NCBI GenBank assembly: GCA_965219575.1
Contig: OZ244779.1
Location: forward strand, 1,484,769 to 1,548,768
Direction: 5' to 3'
Length of the DNA stretch: 64,000 bases
DNA from: Candidatus Oxydemutatoraceae bacterium
GTDB lineage: Bacteria > Pseudomonadota > Gammaproteobacteria > Poriferisulfidales > Oxydemutatoraceae
Every line of letters begins with the position of its first letter. Within the stretch, counting starts at the first letter, position 1. The translations under genes and the position numbers were made by a program. Positions 21,805-31,647 of the stretch are shown here, one piece after another. A model generated the notes under the pieces. That model was given only the letters and a program-made list of their open reading frames with translations. It was not told where the DNA came from and ran no database searches.

Positions 21805-21880
21805 ACGGTGGGTAAACACATTAGAAAAATCTCTTATGCTATTATTATACGCCGTATCAATAACACATAGATAAATTTCA

Positions 21881-22768
21881 ATGGCAAAGAAAATACGCAA
21901 AGCAATATTCCCGGTGGCCGGCTTAGGTACTCGTTTTATACCCGCCACCAAAGTAAGCCCTAAAGAAATGCTGCCTATCGTCGATAAGCCACTTATCCAA
22001 TACGCGGTCGAAGATGCCGTGCAAGCAGGCATCACCAGCCTTATTTTTATAAACGGGAGAAACAAACGTGCAATAGAAGATCATTTTGACAGTGCGCCGG
22101 AACTCGAGCAACTCTTACTAAACAAGAGAAAACATCAATTGCTGAAGCAAATTCACGAGATTATTCCCCCTAACACCAACTGCATAAACCTTAGGCAAAA
22201 AGAACCTAGCGGCTTGGGGAGTGCAATATTCTGTGCAAGGGCTATAGCCGAAAAGGAGCCCTTTGCCATAGTGCTGGCAGACGATCTGATTATCAACGGT
22301 GCCAACAATTCAATCATGCAAATGATCGAGTATCACAAGGGCTACTCCGGAAATTTGGTTATGGTCGAAGAGGTGGCGCACGATCAGGTTGGTAATTACG
22401 GTATCATAAAAGGGAAACAAGTCGAAGAGGGTGTCTGGGAAGTCGATCGTATTATAGAAAAACCTAAGCCGCAAGACGCACCGAGTAATCTAGGCGTTAT
22501 AGGTCGCTACATATTAAATCCCACTATTTTCAAGTATATAAGGCAAACACCTATGGGCTTTGGTAAGGAGATACAATTAACCGACGCCCTTGCGCTGCAA
22601 ATGCAACACGAACCCTTGCACGCCATCCTATGCAAAGGAAAACGCTACGATTGCGGTAGCAAATTGGGCTATTTGCAAGCCAATGTGGACTTGGCATTAA
22701 AACATAAAGAAATTAAGGAAAATTTTAGGGCTTATCTAAAGTCTTTGGTAGAATCCGAAGATTTCTGA
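21881..22768 (+). CDS. galU: UTP--glucose-1-phosphate uridylyltransferase
   Basis: KAIFPVAGLGTRFIPATK..PKEMLP, EKP, EIQLTDAL and YDCGSKLGY. Confidence 0.97.
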   Translation: MAKKIRKAIFPVAGLGTRFIPATKVSPKEMLPIVDKPLIQYAVEDAVQAGITSLIFINGRNKRAIEDHFDSAPELEQLLLNKRKHQLLKQIHEIIPPNTNCINLRQKEPSGLGSAIFCARAIAEKEPFAIVLADDLIINGANNSIMQMIEYHKGYSGNLVMVEEVAHDQVGNYGIIKGKQVEEGVWEVDRIIEKPKPQDAPSNLGVIGRYILNPTIFKYIRQTPMGFGKEIQLTDALALQMQHEPLHAILCKGKRYDCGSKLGYLQANVDLALKHKEIKENFRAYLKSLVESEDF

Positions 22769-22778
22769 ATAGAACTTT

Positions 22779-24647
22779 TTAATTTATATCGTCTCCGACA
22801 AATTGTTTTATGCTTTTTTCTATACCTTCAATATCCAATCCCGCTTCTGTCAACAATTCCCCGCGCGTCCCGTGATCCTGAAAATAGTCTGGTAATCCTA
22901 AAGTTAGTGTACGAATCTGAATTTTATTTAAGCTCAAAAATTCCAAAACCGCACTGCCGGCACCGCCCGAGCGAACATTGTCCTCCAGAGTGATTAAATA
23001 ACGATGAGATTTAGCAATTTCGGTTAACAAATCTTGATCCAACGGCTTGACAAATCGCATATCGATAAGCGTTGCGTTTAATTTATCGGTGAGTTCAATC
23101 GCCGTGCTAGTCGGGCTTCCGAAACCGAGTATGGCAATGTTTTTTCCTCGTTTGATAATTTCCGCTTTCGCAATAGGCAGCGGTTGTAAAGAATCATCGG
23201 GTAAAACACCGCTACCGATGCCGCGAGGATATCTCACTGCCGATGGTCCGTTGTGGTGATACGCGGTATTGAGTAGGGCGCGTGTCGTTTTTTCGTTGCT
23301 CGGTGTCATAATCACGGTATTCGGAATACAACGTAAAAAGCTCAGATCAAAACTGCCGGCGTGTGTTTGACCGTCGGGACCGACGACACCGGCACGGTCT
23401 ATTGCCAACATAACCGGTAGATTTTGTATCGCGATATCGTGTATAAATTGGTCGTAGGCGCGTTGCAGGAAAGTAGAATAAATGGCAACGACCGGTTTCA
23501 TTCCCTCGCAAGCCAAGCCTGCGGCTAAGGTGAGCGCATGTTGTTCGGCTATACCGACATCAAAATAACGTTCGGGAAAGCACTGTTGAAATTCAACCAA
23601 GCCCGACCCTTCTCGCATCGCCGGTGTGATCGCTACGAGGCGCGTGTCTTGTGCCGCCATATCGCAGATCCATCGGCTGAATATCTGCGTATAACTCAGT
23701 GCTCGAGCTTTGTTATTTTTTTGCAATCCTATATCCGGGTCAAAAGGAGAAACCGCATGGTATGCCACCGGCTTTTGTTCGGCGCGTTTATAGCCTTTGC
23801 CTTTGCGAGTTACGATATGAAGCAGGCGAGGGGAGTCTTTTTTCTTGATATTGCTTAATGTTTGTACCAATTGCTTTACATTATGCCCGTCTATAGGACC
23901 GTAATAGCTAATACCCAACTCTTCGAAGAAAGAACCCGGCACTATCATACCTTTGATATGTCCTTTGGTGTTTTTAGCTAATTTTTGTACGGTCGGCATC
24001 GGTTCGAGTAACTTTTTACCACTTTGTTTTATGTTCAAATAAAGCGGACTCGATATTATTCTGGTCAGATAATTGCTGAGGGCACCGACATTGTGCGATA
24101 TCGACATATCGTTGTCGTTCAGGATTATTAGTACATCCGAACCTAGAGAGCCGATATGGTTCATTGCTTCATAAGCCATCCCGGCAGTCATGCCACCGTC
24201 TCCGATAATAGCGACTATTTTGTTCTTTTTGCCGAGTAATTTTTGAGCGACTGCCATACCTATCGCAGCACCTATAGAGGTACTAGAGTGTCCGACACCG
24301 AAGCTATCGTAACGGCTCTCCGAACGTTTGGGAAAGGGGGCTAAACCGTTGCGGATTCTGATTTTATCGATTTGATCGCGCCGTTCGCACAATATCTTAT
24401 GCGGGTAGCATTGATGACCTACATCCCACACCAATAAATCGTCCGGTGTGTCGAAAACATAATGTAATGCAACGGTTAGCTCTATCACGCCTAAACCGGC
24501 GGCAAAATGCCCACCGCAGTTGGCAACGGTATCTATAAGAAAAGCTCTTAACTCTTCGCATACTCGATCCAATTGCTCCATAGATAGCAATCTCAAGTCT
24601 GCAGGTACCGTGATTTGGTCCAGTAAAAGTCTTTTAGATGTAGGCAT
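22779..24647 (-). CDS. dxs: 1-deoxy-D-xylulose-5-phosphate synthase
   Basis: WDVGHQCYPHK, GHSSTSI, GDGGMTAG...NDN, IAEQH and YSTFLQRAYDQ. Confidence 0.99.
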   Translation of the reverse strand: MPTSKRLLLDQITVPADLRLLSMEQLDRVCEELRAFLIDTVANCGGHFAAGLGVIELTVALHYVFDTPDDLLVWDVGHQCYPHKILCERRDQIDKIRIRNGLAPFPKRSESRYDSFGVGHSSTSIGAAIGMAVAQKLLGKKNKIVAIIGDGGMTAGMAYEAMNHIGSLGSDVLIILNDNDMSISHNVGALSNYLTRIISSPLYLNIKQSGKKLLEPMPTVQKLAKNTKGHIKGMIVPGSFFEELGISYYGPIDGHNVKQLVQTLSNIKKKDSPRLLHIVTRKGKGYKRAEQKPVAYHAVSPFDPDIGLQKNNKARALSYTQIFSRWICDMAAQDTRLVAITPAMREGSGLVEFQQCFPERYFDVGIAEQHALTLAAGLACEGMKPVVAIYSTFLQRAYDQFIHDIAIQNLPVMLAIDRAGVVGPDGQTHAGSFDLSFLRCIPNTVIMTPSNEKTTRALLNTAYHHNGPSAVRYPRGIGSGVLPDDSLQPLPIAKAEIIKRGKNIAILGFGSPTSTAIELTDKLNATLIDMRFVKPLDQDLLTEIAKSHRYLITLEDNVRSGGAGSAVLEFLSLNKIQIRTLTLGLPDYFQDHGTRGELLTEAGLDIEGIEKSIKQFVGDDIN

Positions 24648-24650
24648 TTA

Positions 24651-25541
24651 TTATATGTTTCTGGCCGTAATATAGTGTGCAAGCGATCGCAGTGCATCGG
24701 CTTTCTCATCGATACAGTCCAGATAACATAAACAACGAGCGGAGAGTTCGGTTAATAATTTTTGAGTTTCCGTCATACCTATGATAGAGGGATAATCGAT
24801 TTCGCCGTTGGAATAGTCCTTGTGTTGTGTCTGCTCTTGGGCATCTAAAATGTCGTCTCGTATCTGAAAGCACAAGCCGATATCGGATGCAAAAGCTGCC
24901 AGCGAGCGACACATAGAATCGGGATAATTATCTTTGCATGCCAGAGGTATCGTGATGCAAGCACTCATCAAGCTACCGGTTTTTAATCTGTGCGTCTTCT
25001 CCAGATAAACTACATCAACCGCGTTGTCCATACCTTTGATATCCATCGCTTGTCCGCTTGCCATCCCGGCCAAACCTGCCGCCGATGCCAGCATGCGAAT
25101 AGCTTTGAGTTTGTCGGCATCGGAAAGCCGTTCGGCATCGGTCAAACATTCAAAAGCGAGTGCTTGCATCGCATTACCTGCGAGTATCGCCTCGGCCTCT
25201 CCGAAGGCTTTGTGACAAGCAGGCTTACCTCGCCGCATATCGTCGTCGTCCATAGCCGGTAAATCGTCGTGGGTAAGGGAGTAACAGTGAATCAATTCTA
25301 TCGCACAGGCAATCGGATCTACCAGATCGAATTCAAGATCCAGGGCAAGTGCCGTTGCATACACCAATCCCGGTCGTACGCGTTTGCCGTCCGCTAAACT
25401 TGCATAGTGAATTACATCTACTAACGGCTTATCTCGATATACGGCAGTGGTATTTTGTATTTCACGGATTACACGCGCAGCGCACTGTTCTAAAAATGTT
25501 TCGGCAGAACGTTCAGTTTCCCGAGTTATCGTTTTCGTCAA
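24651..25541 (-). CDS. ispA: Farnesyl diphosphate synthase
   Basis: GKRVRP, HDDLPAMDDDDMRRG, KTG and FQIRDDILD. Confidence 0.96.
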   Translation of the reverse strand: MTKTITRETERSAETFLEQCAARVIREIQNTTAVYRDKPLVDVIHYASLADGKRVRPGLVYATALALDLEFDLVDPIACAIELIHCYSLTHDDLPAMDDDDMRRGKPACHKAFGEAEAILAGNAMQALAFECLTDAERLSDADKLKAIRMLASAAGLAGMASGQAMDIKGMDNAVDVVYLEKTHRLKTGSLMSACITIPLACKDNYPDSMCRSLAAFASDIGLCFQIRDDILDAQEQTQHKDYSNGEIDYPSIIGMTETQKLLTELSARCLCYLDCIDEKADALRSLAHYITARNI

Positions 25542-25770
25542 AATTCTTTAGCCTTTCTTCGGATTGTTCTTTCATTAGCAAACTCACTCGTAGTTCTGCT
25601 TCGTCCAGTGCTTTGCGACATTGTTCAACCAGCTTCATGCCTTCCTCGAAGCGATCCAGCATTTTCTCCAATGGTTGCCCACCTTCTTCCATCTGCCGAA
25701 TAATATCTTCCAATTTCGACAGTGTGTCTTCAAAATTCAACTTTTTAGTCTGTGTGCTACTTTTTTTCAT
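25513..25770 (-). CDS. xseB: Exodeoxyribonuclease VII small subunit
   Basis: FEDTLSKLEDII..ME.G..PLE....FEEG; xseB-ispA-dxs synteny. Confidence 0.96.
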   Translation of the reverse strand: MKKSSTQTKKLNFEDTLSKLEDIIRQMEEGGQPLEKMLDRFEEGMKLVEQCRKALDEAELRVSLLMKEQSEERLKNFDENDNSGN

Positions 25771-25800
25771 GATAGAATTGTTAAAATAATATAAATAATC

Positions 25801-25815
25801 GCATAATCATTATAT
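25801..25815. promoter_or_regulatory. Possible PerR/Fur-family box upstream of rubrerythrin
   Basis: GCATAATCATTATAT matches 12 of 15 positions of TTATAATNATTATAA, but the region is very AT-rich. Confidence 0.35.
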
Positions 25816-25884
25816 TGTAATTTAGTTAATGGATTTATATTATATTCGTATTGATTTTTAGATTAAACTCAACCAGGAGAAATT

Positions 25885-26304
25885 ATGAACTTAAAAGGCA
25901 GCCAAACAGAGGAAAACCTTAAAGTAGCGTTTTCCGGTGAATCGCAAGCAAATAGACGTTATCTATATTTTGCCGCCAAAGCCGACGTTGAGGGTTATAA
26001 CGATGTGTCCGTAGTTTTTCGTTCTACCGCAGAAGGGGAGACCGGTCATGCACACGGTCATCTAGAATACTTGGAGGAGTGTGGTGACCCGGCAACCGGC
26101 GAACCTATAGGCGACACCTGTGCCAACCTAAAAGCAGCCATTGCAGGTGAAACACACGAATACACCGATATGTACCCGGGTATGGCTAAGACGGCACGCG
26201 ACGAAGGTTTTGACGAAATTGCAGATTGGTTTGAAACCTTAGCTAAAGCGGAACGCTCGCATGCAAATCGTTTTCAAAAAGCCTTAGACACGCTGGATAA
26301 TTAA
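25885..26304 (+). CDS. Rubrerythrin (short aerobic-type, no rubredoxin domain)
   Basis: [31 protein letters not shown] and AERSHA di-iron motifs. Confidence 0.96.
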   Translation: MNLKGSQTEENLKVAFSGESQANRRYLYFAAKADVEGYNDVSVVFRSTAEGETGHAHGHLEYLEECGDPATGEPIGDTCANLKAAIAGETHEYTDMYPGMAKTARDEGFDEIADWFETLAKAERSHANRFQKALDTLDN

Positions 26305-26312
26305 TTCGTTAC

Positions 26313-26345
26313 AAGAGAACCAAGGACTCTTCTATTGGTTCTCTT
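26313..26345 (+). terminator. Stem-loop after rubrerythrin (partial terminator or mRNA stabiliser)
   Basis: 11-bp inverted repeat AAGAGAACCAA / TTGGTTCTCTT. Confidence 0.5.
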
Positions 26346-26398
26346 ATCTTATATTCAACAAATCCTTATAATCCGGATTAGGGATTAAACTATTCTAT

Positions 26399-27727
26399 AT
26401 GAACAAAGAAAAAACTAATATCGAGGGCGGACTCGATACACCGACACGCCACCCTATAGATTGGCGTGGCAACGATTATTACGACGAAGGCAAACTCCAT
26501 AAAGAGATGGAGCGAGTATTCGATATATGTCATGGATGTCGACGGTGCGTTAATTTATGCAAAGCCTTTCCGACTTTGTTCGATTTAGTAGACGAATCTT
26601 CGACAATGGAAGTCGACGGTGTGGATAAAAACGACTACGGCAAAGTTGTAGACCATTGCTATCTATGCGATATGTGCTTCATGAGTAAATGCCCGTATGT
26701 GCCGCCGCACGAATGGAATATAGACTTCCCGCATCTTATGTTACGTGCCAAAGCAGTAAAATTCAAAAACGGAGAGATTGCCAAGCGCGACCGCCTACTC
26801 AGTTCCACCGATGCAATCGGCAAGTTTGCATCAATTCCGGTCATCAATCAAACCATAAATACGACGCTTACGAGTAAATTTGCCCGTAAGCGTATGGAAT
26901 CATTATTAGGGGTGGACTCCGAAGCTCACTTGCCACGATATCATAGTGATACCGCAGATAAACGTTTCGCAAAATCACAAAAAGCCTCGAATAAACAAAA
27001 TGCCGATAAAGTCGCATTGTTTATTACATGCTACGCTAATTACAACGATCCTAATCTCATTTCCGATATGATGGCAATATTCAAACATAACGGAATTGAA
27101 TGTACACCGATCAAGGCTACCGTATGTTGCGGTATGCCGAAACTCGAGATAGGAGACTTCAAGCAAGTTGCAGAACTAAAACAGAAAAATGTTGCACAAT
27201 TACTGCCGTATCTCGATGCCGGCTATAATTTTATCGCACCGATACCGTCGTGTAATTTAATGTTTAGAAAAGAACTGCCGTTGATGTTTCCCGAAGATCG
27301 AACACTTAAAAAATTACAGGAACACATTTTCGATCCTTGCGAATACTTGATGCTCAAACATAAACAAAATTCTTTCAATACCGAGTTTGAAACCGAACTA
27401 GGAAAGGTAATCTATCATGTCGCCTGCCATCAACGAGTACAAAATATCGGTGCTAAAACACGACAATTACTTGAATTAATGCCTATAAATCAACTAGAAG
27501 TCGTCGAACGTTGCTCGGGGCACGACGGCTTATACGGTGTGCGATCGGAAACCCGGGAAGCATCGATAAAAATTGCCTCGGCTGTAGCCAAGCGCGCGGA
27601 AAAAATGGAAGCCGATTATTTGGTGAGCGACTGCATATTGGCAGCTAACCATATAGCGGATATTGCAAACAAAGAAATCTCGGTGAGACATCCTTTTAGC
27701 CTGCTGAGAGAAGCCTACGGAGTATAA
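26399..27727 (+). CDS. Rubrerythrin-associated Fe-S oxidoreductase (GlpC/CCG domain)
   Basis: CHGCRRCVNLC, CYLCDMC...CPY, CCGMP and CSGHDG; rubrerythrin-RFO-DUF3501 order. Confidence 0.9.
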   Translation: MNKEKTNIEGGLDTPTRHPIDWRGNDYYDEGKLHKEMERVFDICHGCRRCVNLCKAFPTLFDLVDESSTMEVDGVDKNDYGKVVDHCYLCDMCFMSKCPYVPPHEWNIDFPHLMLRAKAVKFKNGEIAKRDRLLSSTDAIGKFASIPVINQTINTTLTSKFARKRMESLLGVDSEAHLPRYHSDTADKRFAKSQKASNKQNADKVALFITCYANYNDPNLISDMMAIFKHNGIECTPIKATVCCGMPKLEIGDFKQVAELKQKNVAQLLPYLDAGYNFIAPIPSCNLMFRKELPLMFPEDRTLKKLQEHIFDPCEYLMLKHKQNSFNTEFETELGKVIYHVACHQRVQNIGAKTRQLLELMPINQLEVVERCSGHDGLYGVRSETREASIKIASAVAKRAEKMEADYLVSDCILAANHIADIANKEISVRHPFSLLREAYGV

Positions 27728-27741
27728 GGAGAGTTTAGAGC

Positions 27742-28323
27742 ATGGAAAAGCTGAAGCATTCGGATTTATATACGCTGGAAGAGTACGATAGAAAACGTGC
27801 CGAGATTCGCGCACAAGTCATGCAATACAAAAAACCGCGTACCGTGCATGTAGGAGAACATCTGGGTTTATATTTCGAAGATCGCCGGACGATACACTAT
27901 CAAATACAAGAGATGCTACGAGCGGAAAAGATATTCTCTTTCGACGGTATAGCCGAAGAACTCGCTACTTATAATCCACTCATCCCGGACGGCAGTAACT
28001 GGAAAGCCACGATGATGATGGAGTATAAAGACCCCGAAGAACGAGCGGTGCGCCTGAGAGAACTCATCGGTATAGAACGCAGGCTTTATATAAAAATAGA
28101 CGATATGGCGAAAATCTATCCGATTGCAAACGAGGATTTAGATCGTGAAACTGCCGATAAAACCTCTGCGGTTCATTTCTTACGTTTTGAATTGACTGCC
28201 GAAATGGTAAAAGCGTTTAAGGCCGGCGCGGGTATTCTCTTTGCCGCCGAGCATCCGCATTACCGAGCAACGCTTACCGCCTCCTCCGAAACTCGTGCCT
28301 CGCTGGTCAATGACTTGGATTAG
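27742..28323 (+). CDS. DUF3501 family protein
   Basis: FEDRRTIHYQIQEMLRAE, YNPLIP and KTSAVHFLRF; cluster context. Confidence 0.9.
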   Translation: MEKLKHSDLYTLEEYDRKRAEIRAQVMQYKKPRTVHVGEHLGLYFEDRRTIHYQIQEMLRAEKIFSFDGIAEELATYNPLIPDGSNWKATMMMEYKDPEERAVRLRELIGIERRLYIKIDDMAKIYPIANEDLDRETADKTSAVHFLRFELTAEMVKAFKAGAGILFAAEHPHYRATLTASSETRASLVNDLD

Positions 28324-29162
28324 CGAGCTTTATCGGGTGGGGTAGGGGGCATATCATAAACTATCTGTTCGTGCTTGTGATAGACTAAAAAGGCTTTGCC
28401 TTTGGCTCGCGCAATCATCATCACATTCAAGTCTTCCGCCAGCTGTAGACCCATTTGCGTAATACCCGATCTGGACAATAAGATAGGTATACTCATGTGC
28501 GCGGCTTTCATGACGATCTCGGATGTCAACCTGCCTGTGGTGTAAAAAATTTTATCGGCACCGCTAATCTCGTTCAACCACATCATACCGGCGATCGCAT
28601 CGGCTGCATTGTGTCTACCCACATCCTCTACAAATTCTAAAATTTTATCGCCTTCGCACAAAGCACAGCCGTGTACCGCACCGGCAGCTCTATAAATCTC
28701 ATTGCGCTGCGCAATCGCACCGAGGAGTGCATAGATCGTCGATTGTTCGAGCTGCACATCGGGAAGCCTTTGATCGTATAATTTATCCAAAGTGCAGCTG
28801 AAGACGGTGCCTTGACCGCAGCCGCTGGTAACGATGCGTTTGGAGAGTTTGTTCTGCCAATCGTTTATCGCATAAGCATCCTTGAGTTTGACATCGACCG
28901 ACTCTCTCTCCCAATCAACCGTCACCGATGCAATATGATCTATATCTTCGACCAACCGCTGATTACGCAGATAACCGATTGCAAGTTCTTCGGGGTAAGT
29001 ACCTAAAGTCATTAAGGTTACCACTTCTTGTCCGTCGACTATCAAGGTCAACGGCGACTCGCCGGCAACATTTACCGTACGATTTTGATTATACTGATCT
29101 TGCGCTTGCACCGAGTAGGTAGGCGACAATCTCCGGTAAGTTCTTTGTAGTGTTTTTTTCAT
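28320..29162 (-). CDS. fdhD: Formate dehydrogenase accessory sulfurtransferase
   Basis: TSGCGQG, GAVHGCAL, EDVGRHNAADAI and TTGRLTSEIV.K. Confidence 0.95.
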   Translation of the reverse strand: MKKTLQRTYRRLSPTYSVQAQDQYNQNRTVNVAGESPLTLIVDGQEVVTLMTLGTYPEELAIGYLRNQRLVEDIDHIASVTVDWERESVDVKLKDAYAINDWQNKLSKRIVTSGCGQGTVFSCTLDKLYDQRLPDVQLEQSTIYALLGAIAQRNEIYRAAGAVHGCALCEGDKILEFVEDVGRHNAADAIAGMMWLNEISGADKIFYTTGRLTSEIVMKAAHMSIPILLSRSGITQMGLQLAEDLNVMMIARAKGKAFLVYHKHEQIVYDMPPTPPDKAR

Positions 29163-29166
29163 TTGT

Positions 29167-31647
29167 TCAGGTTTTTCCCATCGGTCTGAAAGTCATTAGC
29201 AACGAGGGTAGCAATGTCAACGCACCTAATAGGGCAATCAACATTGCAAGCCCGGTGAGCAAACCGAAGTAAATCGTCGGAATGAAATTGGATAATGTCA
29301 AAATGGAAAAGCCGGCGATAATCGTGACCGAAGTATAATACATCGCTCGACCGATGCTGTTATGGCATCGTTTGACCGTTTCTTTATAATCACGATCTTG
29401 AACATATTCCCGCTTGAAGCGAACGATATAATGAATGGTATTATCGACCGATATACCGATACTGATTGCAGCAAGCATGATAGTCATCAAATCGAGCGGT
29501 ATACCCAACCATCCCATGAGACCCAAAACAACCGACGCCGAGAGCGCATTCGGAATAATCGCAATAACCGCAAGCGACACAGACCTGAATAACAGCAAAA
29601 ACATCAAAAATATTACGATGAGAACGGTTCCCAAAGTTAAAATCTGCGATTGGTATAAACTTTGTAGCATATTGTTATATAGCACCAACATACCCGAAAG
29701 CCTGAATTGGTCTTCGCTATAACCGAAATCCAGTAATTGCTGTCTGGATTGCTCGATTAATTCTTTGCGCTTTAGATCTTTATCCGAATCGATGACGCGC
29801 ATACTGATACGCACCTCGTTGCCGTCTTCGGATATATAAGGCGAATAAAGCACCTTTTTAATATCCTCCGGAAGTAATTTACTAACAAAAGCCACTTCGA
29901 AATCGTTAAGCGGCTTGCCGTCGTTCAATATCTCCACAAGTTCAACCAACGTTGCTAAAGACAGGACTTTTCCGACCTCCGGTTTTTTATCAAAATAATC
30001 ATGTATCTTTTTGATTTCTTTGAGCTTTACCGGGCTAATCCAGTAGTTTTCGAGGCTTTGTTCTTCACCTAGATAATCGGCGAGAAAATCCTCTTCGACG
30101 ATGGTCGGCGGCAACGCCTCGGATGTGTCCGTGGCTTCGGGCGCGTTGAGTATCACATCGAACGGCGTAGTGCCGCCTAATTTTCTATCTATTTCCAACA
30201 TCCCTTTGTAAATTTCGGTATCTTTATCAAAATAATCTATGAACCGATTTTCTACTTCCAGACGACTCATGCCGACGGCACCGGCGATCGCCAGCAATGC
30301 CGAAATTAAAATTATCGGACGATGATATTTGCGGCTCAAGTTTGAAAAAGTATTGGTTATTTTATATGTAAAGTCTTTTTCGTTGTATTCCTTACTTCTT
30401 TTGGTCAAACATATAAAGCTGGGGAATAGGGTGAACACCACCACGAACAAGAGCACGATACCGATAGTCATGACATAGCCGAAATCAATGACCGGGCGTA
30501 TACCACTCGCCAACAGTGAGACGAATGCAACGATGGTCGTCAAGGCAGCATATAGACACGGGATATACATAAATCGCACGGTTTGCTTGCTCAGTCCTAG
30601 AACATCGGTTTGTGGTTGCTTCGCTTGTAATTCTCGAAAACGCACGATCAGATGCATCACCATAGACATCGCAATAATCATCAACAAAGAGGCAAAATTA
30701 GCCGAGATTACGGTGACCCGCTGATTCATCAGAGCCAAAACACCCATCGTTGCGACCGCAGAAAATATTGCGCACATCATTGCAACACCGATCCAACGCG
30801 GGCTTCGGAAAATAACACCGAGTAAAACGATTAAAAATATGATGATGGCACTGCCGAAGACAATCATATCGTTATATACCATCGTAATCATATCGGTTAC
30901 AATCATCGGCAAACCACCTAAAAATATAGCGTTATTCTGTTGGTAGCGCATGATGACCTCGCGGATTTTCATGGTCGTGTTGCGTTCGTTTCGGGTATAT
31001 ACGACCTGATATTCCTTGAACGCGCGTTCTGCCTCGGCAAGTGCCGGCACGGAATAATCGCCACCGCTGCGCTTGAGCTCTCGCAACCGTTCTCGCTCTG
31101 CCAATAATCGCTTATGAGTCGCATCGCTTTCCAGATACGCCAACAACATTGCCGTATTACCGTCGGGACTGAGCAATAAGTTTTTGTATAAAGGGCTATT
31201 TTGGAATTCATTTCTGGCTAGTTGCAAGTCCACATTTTTACTTTCTATGGTTCTGGTGTTTTCCGACAGTTCACTCAAATCGAGCGGCGGACTTTGCAAT
31301 AGCGGTACATCGAGTAGAGATAATACCCGCTTGATGCCGGGGACATCTGCGATATCGTCGGCAAGGCGCCGCATCTCTTCGAGTGTTTCTCTCTCGAATA
31401 ATTGTCGTGGGGGAATAGGCTTGTATGTAATAGCAAAGAAATTATCCGAACCGTAGCGCTTGATTAGTTCGCGGTAGTATTTGAGGTCTTCGTCGTTTTC
31501 TAAAACCAACGAATCGGCCGAAGCGTCCACTCTAAAATTGTCCAGATGGCTCGCAAGCCAGGCAATTAAAGCGAGCAATACAACCAAGGTGATAACAGGT
31601 TTTCCGAATATCAGGAATTCATAAATTTGCCAGATTGTTTTTTTCAT
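29167..31647 (-). CDS. MMPL/RND-family transporter
   Basis: Two repeats of TM + large periplasmic loop + 5 TM; GISVDNTIHY motif. Confidence 0.9.
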   Translation of the reverse strand: MKKTIWQIYEFLIFGKPVITLVVLLALIAWLASHLDNFRVDASADSLVLENDEDLKYYRELIKRYGSDNFFAITYKPIPPRQLFERETLEEMRRLADDIADVPGIKRVLSLLDVPLLQSPPLDLSELSENTRTIESKNVDLQLARNEFQNSPLYKNLLLSPDGNTAMLLAYLESDATHKRLLAERERLRELKRSGGDYSVPALAEAERAFKEYQVVYTRNERNTTMKIREVIMRYQQNNAIFLGGLPMIVTDMITMVYNDMIVFGSAIIIFLIVLLGVIFRSPRWIGVAMMCAIFSAVATMGVLALMNQRVTVISANFASLLMIIAMSMVMHLIVRFRELQAKQPQTDVLGLSKQTVRFMYIPCLYAALTTIVAFVSLLASGIRPVIDFGYVMTIGIVLLFVVVFTLFPSFICLTKRSKEYNEKDFTYKITNTFSNLSRKYHRPIILISALLAIAGAVGMSRLEVENRFIDYFDKDTEIYKGMLEIDRKLGGTTPFDVILNAPEATDTSEALPPTIVEEDFLADYLGEEQSLENYWISPVKLKEIKKIHDYFDKKPEVGKVLSLATLVELVEILNDGKPLNDFEVAFVSKLLPEDIKKVLYSPYISEDGNEVRISMRVIDSDKDLKRKELIEQSRQQLLDFGYSEDQFRLSGMLVLYNNMLQSLYQSQILTLGTVLIVIFLMFLLLFRSVSLAVIAIIPNALSASVVLGLMGWLGIPLDLMTIMLAAISIGISVDNTIHYIVRFKREYVQDRDYKETVKRCHNSIGRAMYYTSVTIIAGFSILTLSNFIPTIYFGLLTGLAMLIALLGALTLLPSLLMTFRPMGKT

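Noticed and set aside
15541-21808. Halves C and D as one element split by an inversion
   Set aside because: The outer flanks do not match as a TSD (TTAT versus ACGG), and the corC-lnt order is the ancestral one.
21680-21874. 64-aa ORF sharing HSSIQFMET...WRKRL with ORF 51268-51531, suggesting a small protein family
   Set aside because: The similarity comes from the MITE DNA repeat. Copy A has an extra base in this segment, and the ORF ends lie in unrelated flanking DNA.
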